Shown: positions 27,620 through 35,633 of the stretch, one piece after another
Numbering within the stretch: the first letter of the stretch is position 1
Layout of the letters: each line of letters opens with the position of its first letter
Virus record (IMG/VR): IMGVR_UViG_3300020171_000001
Span: 64,001 to 128,000 of that record
Direction: 5' to 3' (one strand)
DNA length: 64,000 bases
Source of the DNA: a virus
The notes under the pieces: model-generated
Told to the model about the DNA's origin: nothing
Seen by the model: the letters and a program-made list of their open reading frames with translations, nothing else
Databases searched by the model: none
Translations under genes and position numbers: made by a program

Positions 27620-27667
27620 AAGGTACCGAGTGACACCCTGCGTGTCAAGTGACTCCCCGCGTGTCAA
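27620..27667 (-). promoter_or_regulatory. sigma70 promoter overlapped by two tandem palindromic operator-like sites
   Basis: TTGACA-N17-TACCTT, 7 nt from the ATG at 27612; 19-bp units GTGACACCCTGCGTGTCAA (27630-27648) and GTGACTCCCCGCGTGTCAA (27649-27667), each TGACWC-N5-GTGTCA. Confidence 0.65.
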
Positions 27668-27728
27668 CATGCTGTGTCTGGTAGAGATGTCTTGACCCAT
27701 TTCGGTATCAGGATGCACACTGTAGGCG

Positions 27729-28871
27729 ATGCGCGGAGTCCGACGGGGAGAGCAGAGCACGACAGCGTGGCCCCTGCTCCAGTTCTTCTGCCGTAGCGGA
27801 GGCTTCTTGGCCGACCCGTCCTCGGCATCGTTTGTCATTCAGAACATCAGTAATCCCGCAGCAGCGGCTACCACAGTCGTGGCTGCCACACCGCTTACGT
27901 CTGGCAACCGATTGGGCACTGGTCGGTACGCAGTTCCTACTGGGTTGACGGGTACTTGGGCGTTGGGCACCCACCGTGTTGTGGTGACTTACCGGCTCTC
28001 GGCCAGTGGCCCAGATCTCCGGCAAGTTCTGGAGTTTGAGGTCCTTAGCGATGTGGACTGGCCGGGGACCGGCGCAGAGTACCGCGGGTATGTCTCGACC
28101 CGGGCGCTCTACGAGGACGGGTATGCTGTTGCTGGGACCGACGTCGTAGAAACGCTGCACCGGGTAGTCAACAAGTTCTCCCAGCGCGTCGAGCACTGGA
28201 CAGCGCGGGAGTTCCACCCGACGTTCAAATCGTTGTACGTGGCTGGTATGGACACGGAGTATCTTTTGCTCCGGGAGCCCATCGTAGCTCTGCACGATGT
28301 GTACTACACGTGGATGGGATCGGACAACGTAGAACAGGCGCAGTTGATCACGCGGTCCTCATACCATGTGCGTGTGCGGCATCTCGACGGGGAGATCGGG
28401 AGGGACTCCCGGATTCTCTCCATGCTCGAGCTGTCCTCCGCATGGCTCGGCGACGGCTGGTCTCCGCGTGTCGGTGAGGGCGGACATACTTGGTCAGACC
28501 GGAGTCGCAACTACCGCCTCGACGGTGTGTTCGGGTACACGGAGGGCGCCCTGGACCCAGCGGGCCTGCGCGCTGACATTGGACGCACGCCAGCGCCGCT
28601 CGCCGAGGTCGTGGCTGTTTTGGTATCGCGGCAGCTCGAAGACATGACGTTGAGCAGTCCGATGGGCATGGTCCCGGGGCTCATCGGGACCATCCGAACG
28701 CGGGACCAGATGATCAAGATCGACAGCGGTTCCAGTTTAGCCTCGATGAGCACCGGAGGCGTGTTTACGGGGGACCCGTACCTGGACATGATCCTGAGCC
28801 AGTACGTCGCGCCGACGGACGTGACGCCCGTGGGCCGGTCTCGAGCTTCCGGTGCAGACGCCGGGTGGTAG
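27729..28871 (+). CDS. head-tail adaptor/neck protein with an N-terminal Ig-like domain
   Basis: LGTGRYAV Ig/BppU-like start; SQRVEHWTAREF...NYRLDGVFGY...TPAPLAEV...TGDPYLDMILSQY adaptor pattern. Confidence 0.7.
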   Translation: MRGVRRGEQSTTAWPLLQFFCRSGGFLADPSSASFVIQNISNPAAAATTVVAATPLTSGNRLGTGRYAVPTGLTGTWALGTHRVVVTYRLSASGPDLRQVLEFEVLSDVDWPGTGAEYRGYVSTRALYEDGYAVAGTDVVETLHRVVNKFSQRVEHWTAREFHPTFKSLYVAGMDTEYLLLREPIVALHDVYYTWMGSDNVEQAQLITRSSYHVRVRHLDGEIGRDSRILSMLELSSAWLGDGWSPRVGEGGHTWSDRSRNYRLDGVFGYTEGALDPAGLRADIGRTPAPLAEVVAVLVSRQLEDMTLSSPMGMVPGLIGTIRTRDQMIKIDSGSSLASMSTGGVFTGDPYLDMILSQYVAPTDVTPVGRSRASGADAGW

Positions 28872-28877
28872 CGAACT

Positions 28878-29402
28878 GTGCAATTCAACCTCCACATTCC
28901 GCTCCTCGACACCTGCGACGTGGAAATCTTCCGGTTGGACCGCCCGGCAACTTGGGCCGTGAACCCGCCTGGATCCGAGTACGCGGCGGGGTACGACCCG
29001 GTAAGCGAACAGCCCATCGTGAGCTGGACCAACGGGTCCCCGGTGGCTCCACGGCAGGAGATGGCCGCCGTGCGCATCGCAGCGCAGCTCGAGGTGGCGT
29101 CTCACGAACGCCTCCGTGCGGCCTTCGGTGGCGATGCACCTGTAAGCCGCTGGGTGTTTGTGGTGCATCGCCGACAGCTCCGGCGACTGGGCCTGGTTGA
29201 CGCGACCACCGGGGATTGCCTGCTCAAGGCCCGGGACCGCATCGCCCGGGTCATCCGCCGACGCGGTACGTCGGCGGGGCAAACCGTGGGCTTTCGCATG
29301 CCCCTGTACATCTATGAGACGAAGCCTGCTTCTGCTGGCGTAGGCCCCGACGGCTACTCGTTGGAGCTTCTCTATACCATGGAAGAGGACCGGGTGGTCT
29401 GA
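28878..29402 (+). CDS. putative head-closure/neck protein
   Basis: GYDPV motif, beta-rich, synteny. Confidence 0.55.
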   Translation: MQFNLHIPLLDTCDVEIFRLDRPATWAVNPPGSEYAAGYDPVSEQPIVSWTNGSPVAPRQEMAAVRIAAQLEVASHERLRAAFGGDAPVSRWVFVVHRRQLRRLGLVDATTGDCLLKARDRIARVIRRRGTSAGQTVGFRMPLYIYETKPASAGVGPDGYSLELLYTMEEDRVV

Positions 29403-30184
29403 TGGGTTCACAAGCCCGTGTATCCCGGTACCGGCCGCGGCAGCGGCGGCTGCCAGTTCCGCAGCAGCACGCCCGCGCATCCTGGTACTCCCAGGGCATT
29501 GCATCAATGCGAAACATCCTACGAGCCGTGGATAGCCCAGTGGCTTGGTCGGCTATTGCTCGGCCTCGGGCGATGGCCCTCGGGCAGTACGCCGTGTTTG
29601 TGACGGCAGCCATGTACTCGGGCATGGCTGATGCCGCGGCGCAAACGGGCCTTGGGACCATCTTCGCCACGCAGGGGAAGGACCAAGGAGCCGTACGGCC
29701 TCCGCGGCCACCGTACCAGCCTGGAGAAACGTACCGGAGACTCGCGGGGGCTATCAGCCACGTTGGCGCTCTTGCAACGCCTCCTTCGATAGCTGGGCGA
29801 TGCCACGTGGGGATCCTCAGTGGGAACGTGGCACCGGATCCCAATCCCAAGTTTCCGCTGGGTACGCCTCTGGAGGTGATTGACGCTGGCGTGAATGGGC
29901 CCACGAGGGTCCTGTCATACGACGAAACAGTACGTTCTCGGGCCTACGCCATTATGATGCGGGAGGGCCGCGGCGGATTCGGCACCCGAAAGCCCGACAC
30001 AGGGCACTTACCGGATGCCCTGGCTGTGCCATCGAGCACAATCACCGTTGTGCGGACCGGAAAGCCCATCTGGGAAACTGCCGCGCGGTCAATTCAGTCC
30101 CTGCTGAAGCAGAGCGAAGGGCTCGGCGGGCCGACGAGTGTTGTTGCTACCCTGGTTCGGCAAGCCGCGATGAAGAGACCATAG
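29402..30184 (+). CDS. hypothetical neck/tail completion protein
   Basis: Basic; translationally coupled; synteny. Confidence 0.45.
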   Translation: MGSQARVSRYRPRQRRLPVPQQHARASWYSQGIASMRNILRAVDSPVAWSAIARPRAMALGQYAVFVTAAMYSGMADAAAQTGLGTIFATQGKDQGAVRPPRPPYQPGETYRRLAGAISHVGALATPPSIAGRCHVGILSGNVAPDPNPKFPLGTPLEVIDAGVNGPTRVLSYDETVRSRAYAIMMREGRGGFGTRKPDTGHLPDALAVPSSTITVVRTGKPIWETAARSIQSLLKQSEGLGGPTSVVATLVRQAAMKRP

Positions 30185-30185
30185 G

Positions 30186-31193
30186 ATGGCCATCCCTACC
30201 ATTACAGCGGTGTCCCCGAATACCGGCGTGTCACAAGGCGGCGACCTGATCCTCATCACGGGGACCGGATTCCCAACACCGGCCATACCGGTGGCTCTAC
30301 CCACGCCGGATGTCTACCCGTCTGTTTCTGTGATGCTTGGGAGCGCATCGGCAGAGGTCGTCCGGGTCCTGAGCGCCACTGAGTTGATTGTTCGTACTCC
30401 GGATTACGAGGACAGTGTTCGTGCCTCGGCAGGCGCTGTTGGGGGACCGGTCCCCTACAACGCGTTCCCAGCCGTCGCTGTGGTTCTGCAGAACTTGGAT
30501 GCAAACGGCACCCCGGTGCCTGGTGAGAGCGCCACGCTTGCCAGCGGGTTCCAGTTCATTCGGCGGGCCCTGGGCCCCCCGCGATCCCGCGGTGTCTACA
30601 AGCGCATCCAGGACCAGGTCATGGAATGGCTGCGTCGGAATGTCTGCAAGACCGTGTCCACGGGTCGGAATAGCGAATATGCAGACGGTGCCGAGATCGA
30701 CGTGCGATTGGCCGCGCTACCGGGCATCGGCGTGGTCTGTGTGTTTGAAGAGGATCCTGGGTGGTCGCAGTTTACCGGGGGGCTTGAGGAGGTCGTCGAT
30801 CCGACCGACGCGACCCGGGTACTGGTCTACGACGGCATGAGGGCTCGCCAGGCCCGCGTGAGGCTCTTGTACGCCGGGCAGACCTACGACCAGTGCTTGG
30901 AACTCAGCGAGGCCCTGGAGGACGCTGTGGAGCGCCAGGGGTACATGGTCATGGATGCAGATCCGGATCTGTACCCCGGAGAGTCTGATCGCTACCCGAT
31001 GTTCTGGGCAGAAACTCCACGAGTGGCCAGTCGCGGCGCAGACACAGACGTGACGCATGGCCACGCTGCGTTGCTGATTCGGGGATTCCTGCTCATGTCT
31101 GATGCGCCACGAGAGCGCGCCTGGACAGTTAGCACCTTCGAAGTCGAGGAAGTTGGCATGGACGGTGGCCCACTTCGTACCACTACGACGTAG
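30186..31193 (+). CDS. IPT/TIG-domain protein, putative tail terminator
   Basis: PTITAVSPNTGVSQGGDLILITGTGF...VLSATELIVRTP is IPT/TIG; position before the sheath gene. Confidence 0.7.
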   Translation: MAIPTITAVSPNTGVSQGGDLILITGTGFPTPAIPVALPTPDVYPSVSVMLGSASAEVVRVLSATELIVRTPDYEDSVRASAGAVGGPVPYNAFPAVAVVLQNLDANGTPVPGESATLASGFQFIRRALGPPRSRGVYKRIQDQVMEWLRRNVCKTVSTGRNSEYADGAEIDVRLAALPGIGVVCVFEEDPGWSQFTGGLEEVVDPTDATRVLVYDGMRARQARVRLLYAGQTYDQCLELSEALEDAVERQGYMVMDADPDLYPGESDRYPMFWAETPRVASRGADTDVTHGHAALLIRGFLLMSDAPRERAWTVSTFEVEEVGMDGGPLRTTTT

Positions 31194-31309
31194 GCGCCAC
31201 AGTGGGTCATACCTGGTAGCGGACCGAGGAGCCACGCATTATCCGGCTTGCGGTCGGGCTCGCAAGACCACGGGCAGGCCATGCAGGTGCACTGCGTCCC
31301 CAGTGCTAT

Positions 31310-31338
31310 TTGCACACGGTGACGCCGGAGTTTACCAT
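31310..31338 (+). promoter_or_regulatory. sigma70-like promoter (leaderless start at 31346)
   Basis: TTGCAC-N17-TACCAT-N7-ATG. Confidence 0.55.
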
Positions 31339-31345
31339 CAGGGCA

Positions 31346-31657
31346 ATGATTCGATTGAAGAACCGTGACCGGCGGCCCTTTGCCTTCAACCTCTACCACT
31401 CGGAGGTCTGCGCGGAGACCGGTGCATGCTCGTGCACTTCGGTTGTCGTTGACCTCCCCGGGGGTCTTCGCAGTGCACGTCTGGAGCCCTTGGGCGTGCG
31501 CATCGGAGGATGCCGAGATCCTCATGGGAGCATCAGCGCTCCACTCCCTGACGCCGTGGAACATCTGGGGGCTGTTCGCTCTCGCGTGCGAGACGGAAGC
31601 CTGGAAGTTCTCTCTGGTGGGGGCTACGCTCGGGTAGAAATCATCAAGCCGGAGTAG
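31346..31657 (+). CDS. small Cys/His-containing hypothetical protein
   Basis: HSEVCAETGACSC motif; precedes the sheath gene. Confidence 0.65.
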   Translation: MIRLKNRDRRPFAFNLYHSEVCAETGACSCTSVVVDLPGGLRSARLEPLGVRIGGCRDPHGSISAPLPDAVEHLGAVRSRVRDGSLEVLSGGGYARVEIIKPE

Positions 31658-31696
31658 CCGGTCGGCACTGGCAAACACCGGAAAGGAATTTCAATC

Positions 31697-33373
31697 ATGG
31701 GTCAGGGTAGAAGCCGCATCGACAACAAGTGGGAGAGCAGTACGCTGCGAGGCATGCCCTCGAAAGACTTCGGCGTTCTCCTGGCCTTGGGCGTCACCGA
31801 GTGGGGGCCGGAGGACGTCACTGCGGTGACCTCGTTCGATGACTTCCGTACGAAGTTCGGTCGGTTCCTGACCAGCTACGACCTCGCGTTGCAGGTCTGG
31901 CTCTTCTTCAAGCTGGGCGGGACACGAGCCTACGTCAAGCGGATCTTCCACTACATCGGGCACGGCGTTGGCGACAGCGCTACCCCGGTGACAGCCGCGC
32001 GGGGAACGACCACGCTCTCCACGGCCGGGGGGCTCCCCTACGGTGTGCAGCAGACGCTGCAGGTGGACGGCCTCTACTTTGGGGCTCTCGCGCTGCGCGT
32101 GGAGGTGATCCTGGCGTCAAACGGCTCGACCGAGTATTTCGACCTGAACGTGTACCATCCCGAGTACACGCTCCCGATCGAGCACATTCGGAACGTGACC
32201 ATGGACGAGGCCTCCGTGGACTACGTCGAGGACGTGGTCAACACGTCAGTGCGACGGAGCAGCTACATCACGGTGACCGATCTGTCAGCGACGGGCACGG
32301 CCACACAGCGTCGTCCGGCGGACCTGGTCTCGCCGGTGCCCCTGTCTGGCGGGAATGATGGCCTCGCTGGCCTTGTCGATGCGGACTATACGGGCGGACC
32401 GACCAACCGGACCGGCCTCTACGCGTTCAATCTGGTCGACGAGGGGAACTTCCTGATCGTCCCGGACAACACGGTCATCGCGACGCAGAACGCGGCCACC
32501 GCGTACTGCCGAGATATCAAACAGGAAAAGGTCGTCTTCATCCCCGATGTCCCGGCTTCGCTGAGCAGTACATCGGCCGTCAACCACGTAACTGCGCTCA
32601 CCAATTCCCGGGCTCGGTCGGGCCTGGATTGGCCACGCATGCGAATTTCGAACCCGAGTAAGGCCATCTACGGGCAAAACGTGGAGACCCTGGCCGTCGG
32701 TACTTCGGGCGCCAGAGCTGGTCTCTCGGCTGCTCTTGGCAAGGGCGGCGTCTCCGGCGTCGTAGTTCCTCAGAAGATGTGGACGAACCCGTCCAACGAG
32801 GTCTTCGGCTGGATTGCCGAAGCCGTGGGCCTCGAAGGCTTGGACAGCAAACACGAGGTGCTGGATCCCACCGTGCAGGACCGTGTGACGGACTACGGGA
32901 TCAACCCGGTGCTGGTGGGCAAGCGTGGGACCGACGGTCGCTACGGCGTGTGGTTCAACGACTGCCAGACGGGGGAAGCCACTTCTGCTGTGGAACTGGG
33001 ATCCTTCGGCAACCAGGCTGGGCTTTCCCACCTGCGGTACATCTACACGGCCTATCTCCAGCAGCACCGAACGCAGGGAAACACTGAGATGCGGCGGTTG
33101 CAGATCGAGATGGCCCTGAAGACCAGCCTGGGTTCCTGGGCAGCTCTGGGCTGCTTCGCCACGACGGACGCCGCACAAGCGTTTTACGTCAACGTGGACG
33201 TGGGCGGCCAGAACATCAACAACCCGTTGGTCCAGCGACAGCAGAGGATGATCATCAAGATCGGCATCGCGTTCGCGGACCCGGCCCGGTTCATGGAGCT
33301 GGTCTTCACACGGGACAATCGCGCCGTGGAGAGCTACATGCAGCAGATCACGGCCAGCACGGGCAACGCATAA
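31697..33373 (+). CDS. contractile tail sheath protein
   Basis: GVTEWGP..VTSFDDFRTKFG, FFKLGGTRAYVKR, LSGGNDG, GINP, IGIAFADPARFM. Confidence 0.92.
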   Translation: MGQGRSRIDNKWESSTLRGMPSKDFGVLLALGVTEWGPEDVTAVTSFDDFRTKFGRFLTSYDLALQVWLFFKLGGTRAYVKRIFHYIGHGVGDSATPVTAARGTTTLSTAGGLPYGVQQTLQVDGLYFGALALRVEVILASNGSTEYFDLNVYHPEYTLPIEHIRNVTMDEASVDYVEDVVNTSVRRSSYITVTDLSATGTATQRRPADLVSPVPLSGGNDGLAGLVDADYTGGPTNRTGLYAFNLVDEGNFLIVPDNTVIATQNAATAYCRDIKQEKVVFIPDVPASLSSTSAVNHVTALTNSRARSGLDWPRMRISNPSKAIYGQNVETLAVGTSGARAGLSAALGKGGVSGVVVPQKMWTNPSNEVFGWIAEAVGLEGLDSKHEVLDPTVQDRVTDYGINPVLVGKRGTDGRYGVWFNDCQTGEATSAVELGSFGNQAGLSHLRYIYTAYLQQHRTQGNTEMRRLQIEMALKTSLGSWAALGCFATTDAAQAFYVNVDVGGQNINNPLVQRQQRMIIKIGIAFADPARFMELVFTRDNRAVESYMQQITASTGNA

Positions 33374-33406
33374 CCGAGTCCCTGACGGGGACTCCCGGAG
33401 CAAGAT

Positions 33407-33892
33407 ATGGCGACCCAGGCACGATCGCGGGAACTGGCAGCCCAGGCGTTCTTCTACATCTTCGATATGGACGGGAACCTGTCCGGGAAGGTGCGATCGG
33501 TCACCGGGGGTGACATCACTTTCGAGATCGCAACGAACCGCGAGGGCGGATCTATCTTCCCCCAGAAGATGGCCACAATCGCGGACACCGGTGAGGTCAC
33601 GCTCCAGCGCGCTGTGCTCCCTTCGGATTCCTCCTTCTACGACTGGCTGCTGGACCAGGCCGATGTTCTGGCAGACATGCCCGTGGGCTCCGGTCTGCGT
33701 GATCCGGACACCCTGCGGGATATCGTCATCGTTGGCGAAGCCCGAGACCGCACGCGCATTCTGCAGTGGACCCTGCACGGCTGCTCGGTGGCTGGCTACC
33801 CCATGTTCCAGTTCGACAACATGGGCGGGGATCTGCTCATCGAGGAACTCCGGATCGTCTATGAATGGCCCGAGGTCGATTTTCTCGGGTAA
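33407..33892 (+). CDS. tail tube protein (T4 gp19-like)
   Basis: REGG..PQK..VTLQRA..FYDW..RDIVI..WTLHGC..FDN..IEELRIVYE. Confidence 0.9.
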   Translation: MATQARSRELAAQAFFYIFDMDGNLSGKVRSVTGGDITFEIATNREGGSIFPQKMATIADTGEVTLQRAVLPSDSSFYDWLLDQADVLADMPVGSGLRDPDTLRDIVIVGEARDRTRILQWTLHGCSVAGYPMFQFDNMGGDLLIEELRIVYEWPEVDFLG

Positions 33893-33918
33893 GTTTTCCA
33901 GGCATTCCACTAGCCTCC

Positions 33919-33956
33919 AGCCCCAGCCCCAGCCCCAGCCCCAGCCCCAGCCCCCC
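33919..33956. repeat. intergenic (AGCCCC)n hexamer repeat; G-quadruplex motif on the minus strand
   Basis: Five C4 runs plus one C6 run separated by AG. Confidence 0.9.
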
Positions 33957-34072
33957 GTAGAGCCTGTCCTGGTGCCTTTCGTGCCGTTGTATAGTTTGCC
34001 CCCGTAGCACTCCCAGAACTGCGCGGTGCTCCAGCCAACGGGTCGAGGGGGCAGAGTGCCCGCTCGCAGTCC

Positions 34073-34100
34073 TTGACAGGCCTGACAGGCATGGTAGATT
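34073..34100 (+). promoter_or_regulatory. sigma70-like promoter
   Basis: TTGACA-N16-TAGATT with extended -10 TG. Confidence 0.55.
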
Positions 34101-34126
34101 GGCACGAATCTGAGGAGGTCGTACCC

Positions 34127-35281
34127 ATGTCTGTCGTTTGCGAGCCATCCGGCCTTGTCCTGAATCTGCGTGCGCTGAGACCCGGAGACATCCACGATGT
34201 GTTGGAGAGCCTCCGAGGGAGCTCGGGAGCAAGCGCCAGTGGGTCCGCAGATGTCTCAGCCACGCAGCGCATTCAAGAGCGCATGCGCCGTCGTCGGCAG
34301 CAGAAGCAAGGGCACGCGGGCGAGGACATCGACGACATGCCGTCGCAGGGCGCCAAGTTCTACGCCGATTATGGCGGTGGCACCCTGGTGGGCGAGATTC
34401 TGAACCGGCTGCAGCAGCCGCCCTTCGTTCTGGATGCTGGGGCCTACGGCGGGAACCTCGTGCCGGGGCGCCCGGTTGACTTCCGCAAGTTGCTCATCAC
34501 GGACGTGGAAAGTGCTGTGTACCGCGTTCGCGAAGCCGCCGGAGTACCCCTGAGCATCCGCCCCAACTGCGGGGCCTGCGGACGACTCTCACGCGAGTCG
34601 CAGGACATCTACGTGTCCGATGTGGAGCACTGGGCATGCTCAGATCGGGGGAAGCATGCCCTGGCTGAGGGGACGCCTGTCGATGTCGAGGGGCGAGAGT
34701 GGATCGTGAGCTTGGTCCCGCCCACGCTGGCTCGGCAGAGTGCTGTGGACCGCATCTTGGCTCTGCCCACCTACCCCGTGAGCTTGCGCCTGGACACGAC
34801 CCTCTTGGCGTCCATCGGTGCCGTGATCCCGTACTGCCCCGCAGATGCCGCAGATGCCGCAGACGCTGGCAGGCCCGTGGGGGCTGGCGGGTCTGAGGAC
34901 CGCGGAGCATCAGCGGAATCGGGGGGCCCGGCGCCGGCAGCGCCTGCTGCGAAGTCCCCCACGGCCCTGGAGAGGCAAGTGCGGGAGATCAGCCTCCTGA
35001 CCCGCGGGGGGTCTGCTGAGAACTCGGTTGGTGGGCCCGGCAAGGTGCTCACGATGCCCCTGGAGATCATCCAGTGGTGGCGAAACATGGACGACTGGGC
35101 TCTCCGTGAAGACATCATGGAAGAGGTCAGCGATCTCTGGGGCGGTGTGGACTCAGAGTTCATGTGGACCTGCAAGGTCGACCCCACTGTTTGCAGTACG
35201 GAACAGCGGGGGATGGTCCCTTTGGATCTTTCGTTTTTCGGCTTGGTGAGCGTGGGTCCGCGCCGCCGCCGGAGGAAGTAG
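34127..35281 (+). CDS. tail assembly chaperone / baseplate hub assembly-like protein
   Basis: Lies between tube and tape measure; CxxC and Cx6C motifs; ends VPLDLSFF; GAGGAGG RBS. Confidence 0.7.
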   Translation: MSVVCEPSGLVLNLRALRPGDIHDVLESLRGSSGASASGSADVSATQRIQERMRRRRQQKQGHAGEDIDDMPSQGAKFYADYGGGTLVGEILNRLQQPPFVLDAGAYGGNLVPGRPVDFRKLLITDVESAVYRVREAAGVPLSIRPNCGACGRLSRESQDIYVSDVEHWACSDRGKHALAEGTPVDVEGREWIVSLVPPTLARQSAVDRILALPTYPVSLRLDTTLLASIGAVIPYCPADAADAADAGRPVGAGGSEDRGASAESGGPAPAAPAAKSPTALERQVREISLLTRGGSAENSVGGPGKVLTMPLEIIQWWRNMDDWALREDIMEEVSDLWGGVDSEFMWTCKVDPTVCSTEQRGMVPLDLSFFGLVSVGPRRRRRK

Positions 35282-35625
35282 CCCAAGCCCGGGAGGACCT
35301 CCCGGAGGAACTAGCCTATTTGGCCGAGCATCCGATTCCGCCGAACTGGGTAGACTTCCTGTTCGGGTTCCCCGTGACACGCCTGGGGTACCTGAATTTG
35401 ATCCGCGCTCTTATCCAGAACGGCGGGATGACACCAGCGCTTGCCCTGGGGTCTGTTCGGGAGGCCAATGCCATGCCCCTCTCCTTGGCCACTGAATTGC
35501 TGCAGTTGATGTCTCATTCCCTTCAGGACATAATGGACGGTGCCGACTCCCCGCAGGAGACGACGTCTGATGGCCGCCGTCGCACCAGCATTGTTTCCAT
35601 GTTCCATGGCGGCGGCAAAGGATAG
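35233..35625 (+). CDS. probable -1 frameshift extension of the tail chaperone (G/GT-type)
   Basis: Overlapping ORF in the -1 frame with no good RBS or start; candidate slippery site G TTT TTC at 35233-35239. Confidence 0.55.
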   Translation, partial: VFRLGERGSAPPPEEVAQAREDLPEELAYLAEHPIPPNWVDFLFGFPVTRLGYLNLIRALIQNGGMTPALALGSVREANAMPLSLATELLQLMSHSLQDIMDGADSPQETTSDGRRRTSIVSMFHGGGKG

Positions 35626-35633
35626 AGCCTGAC

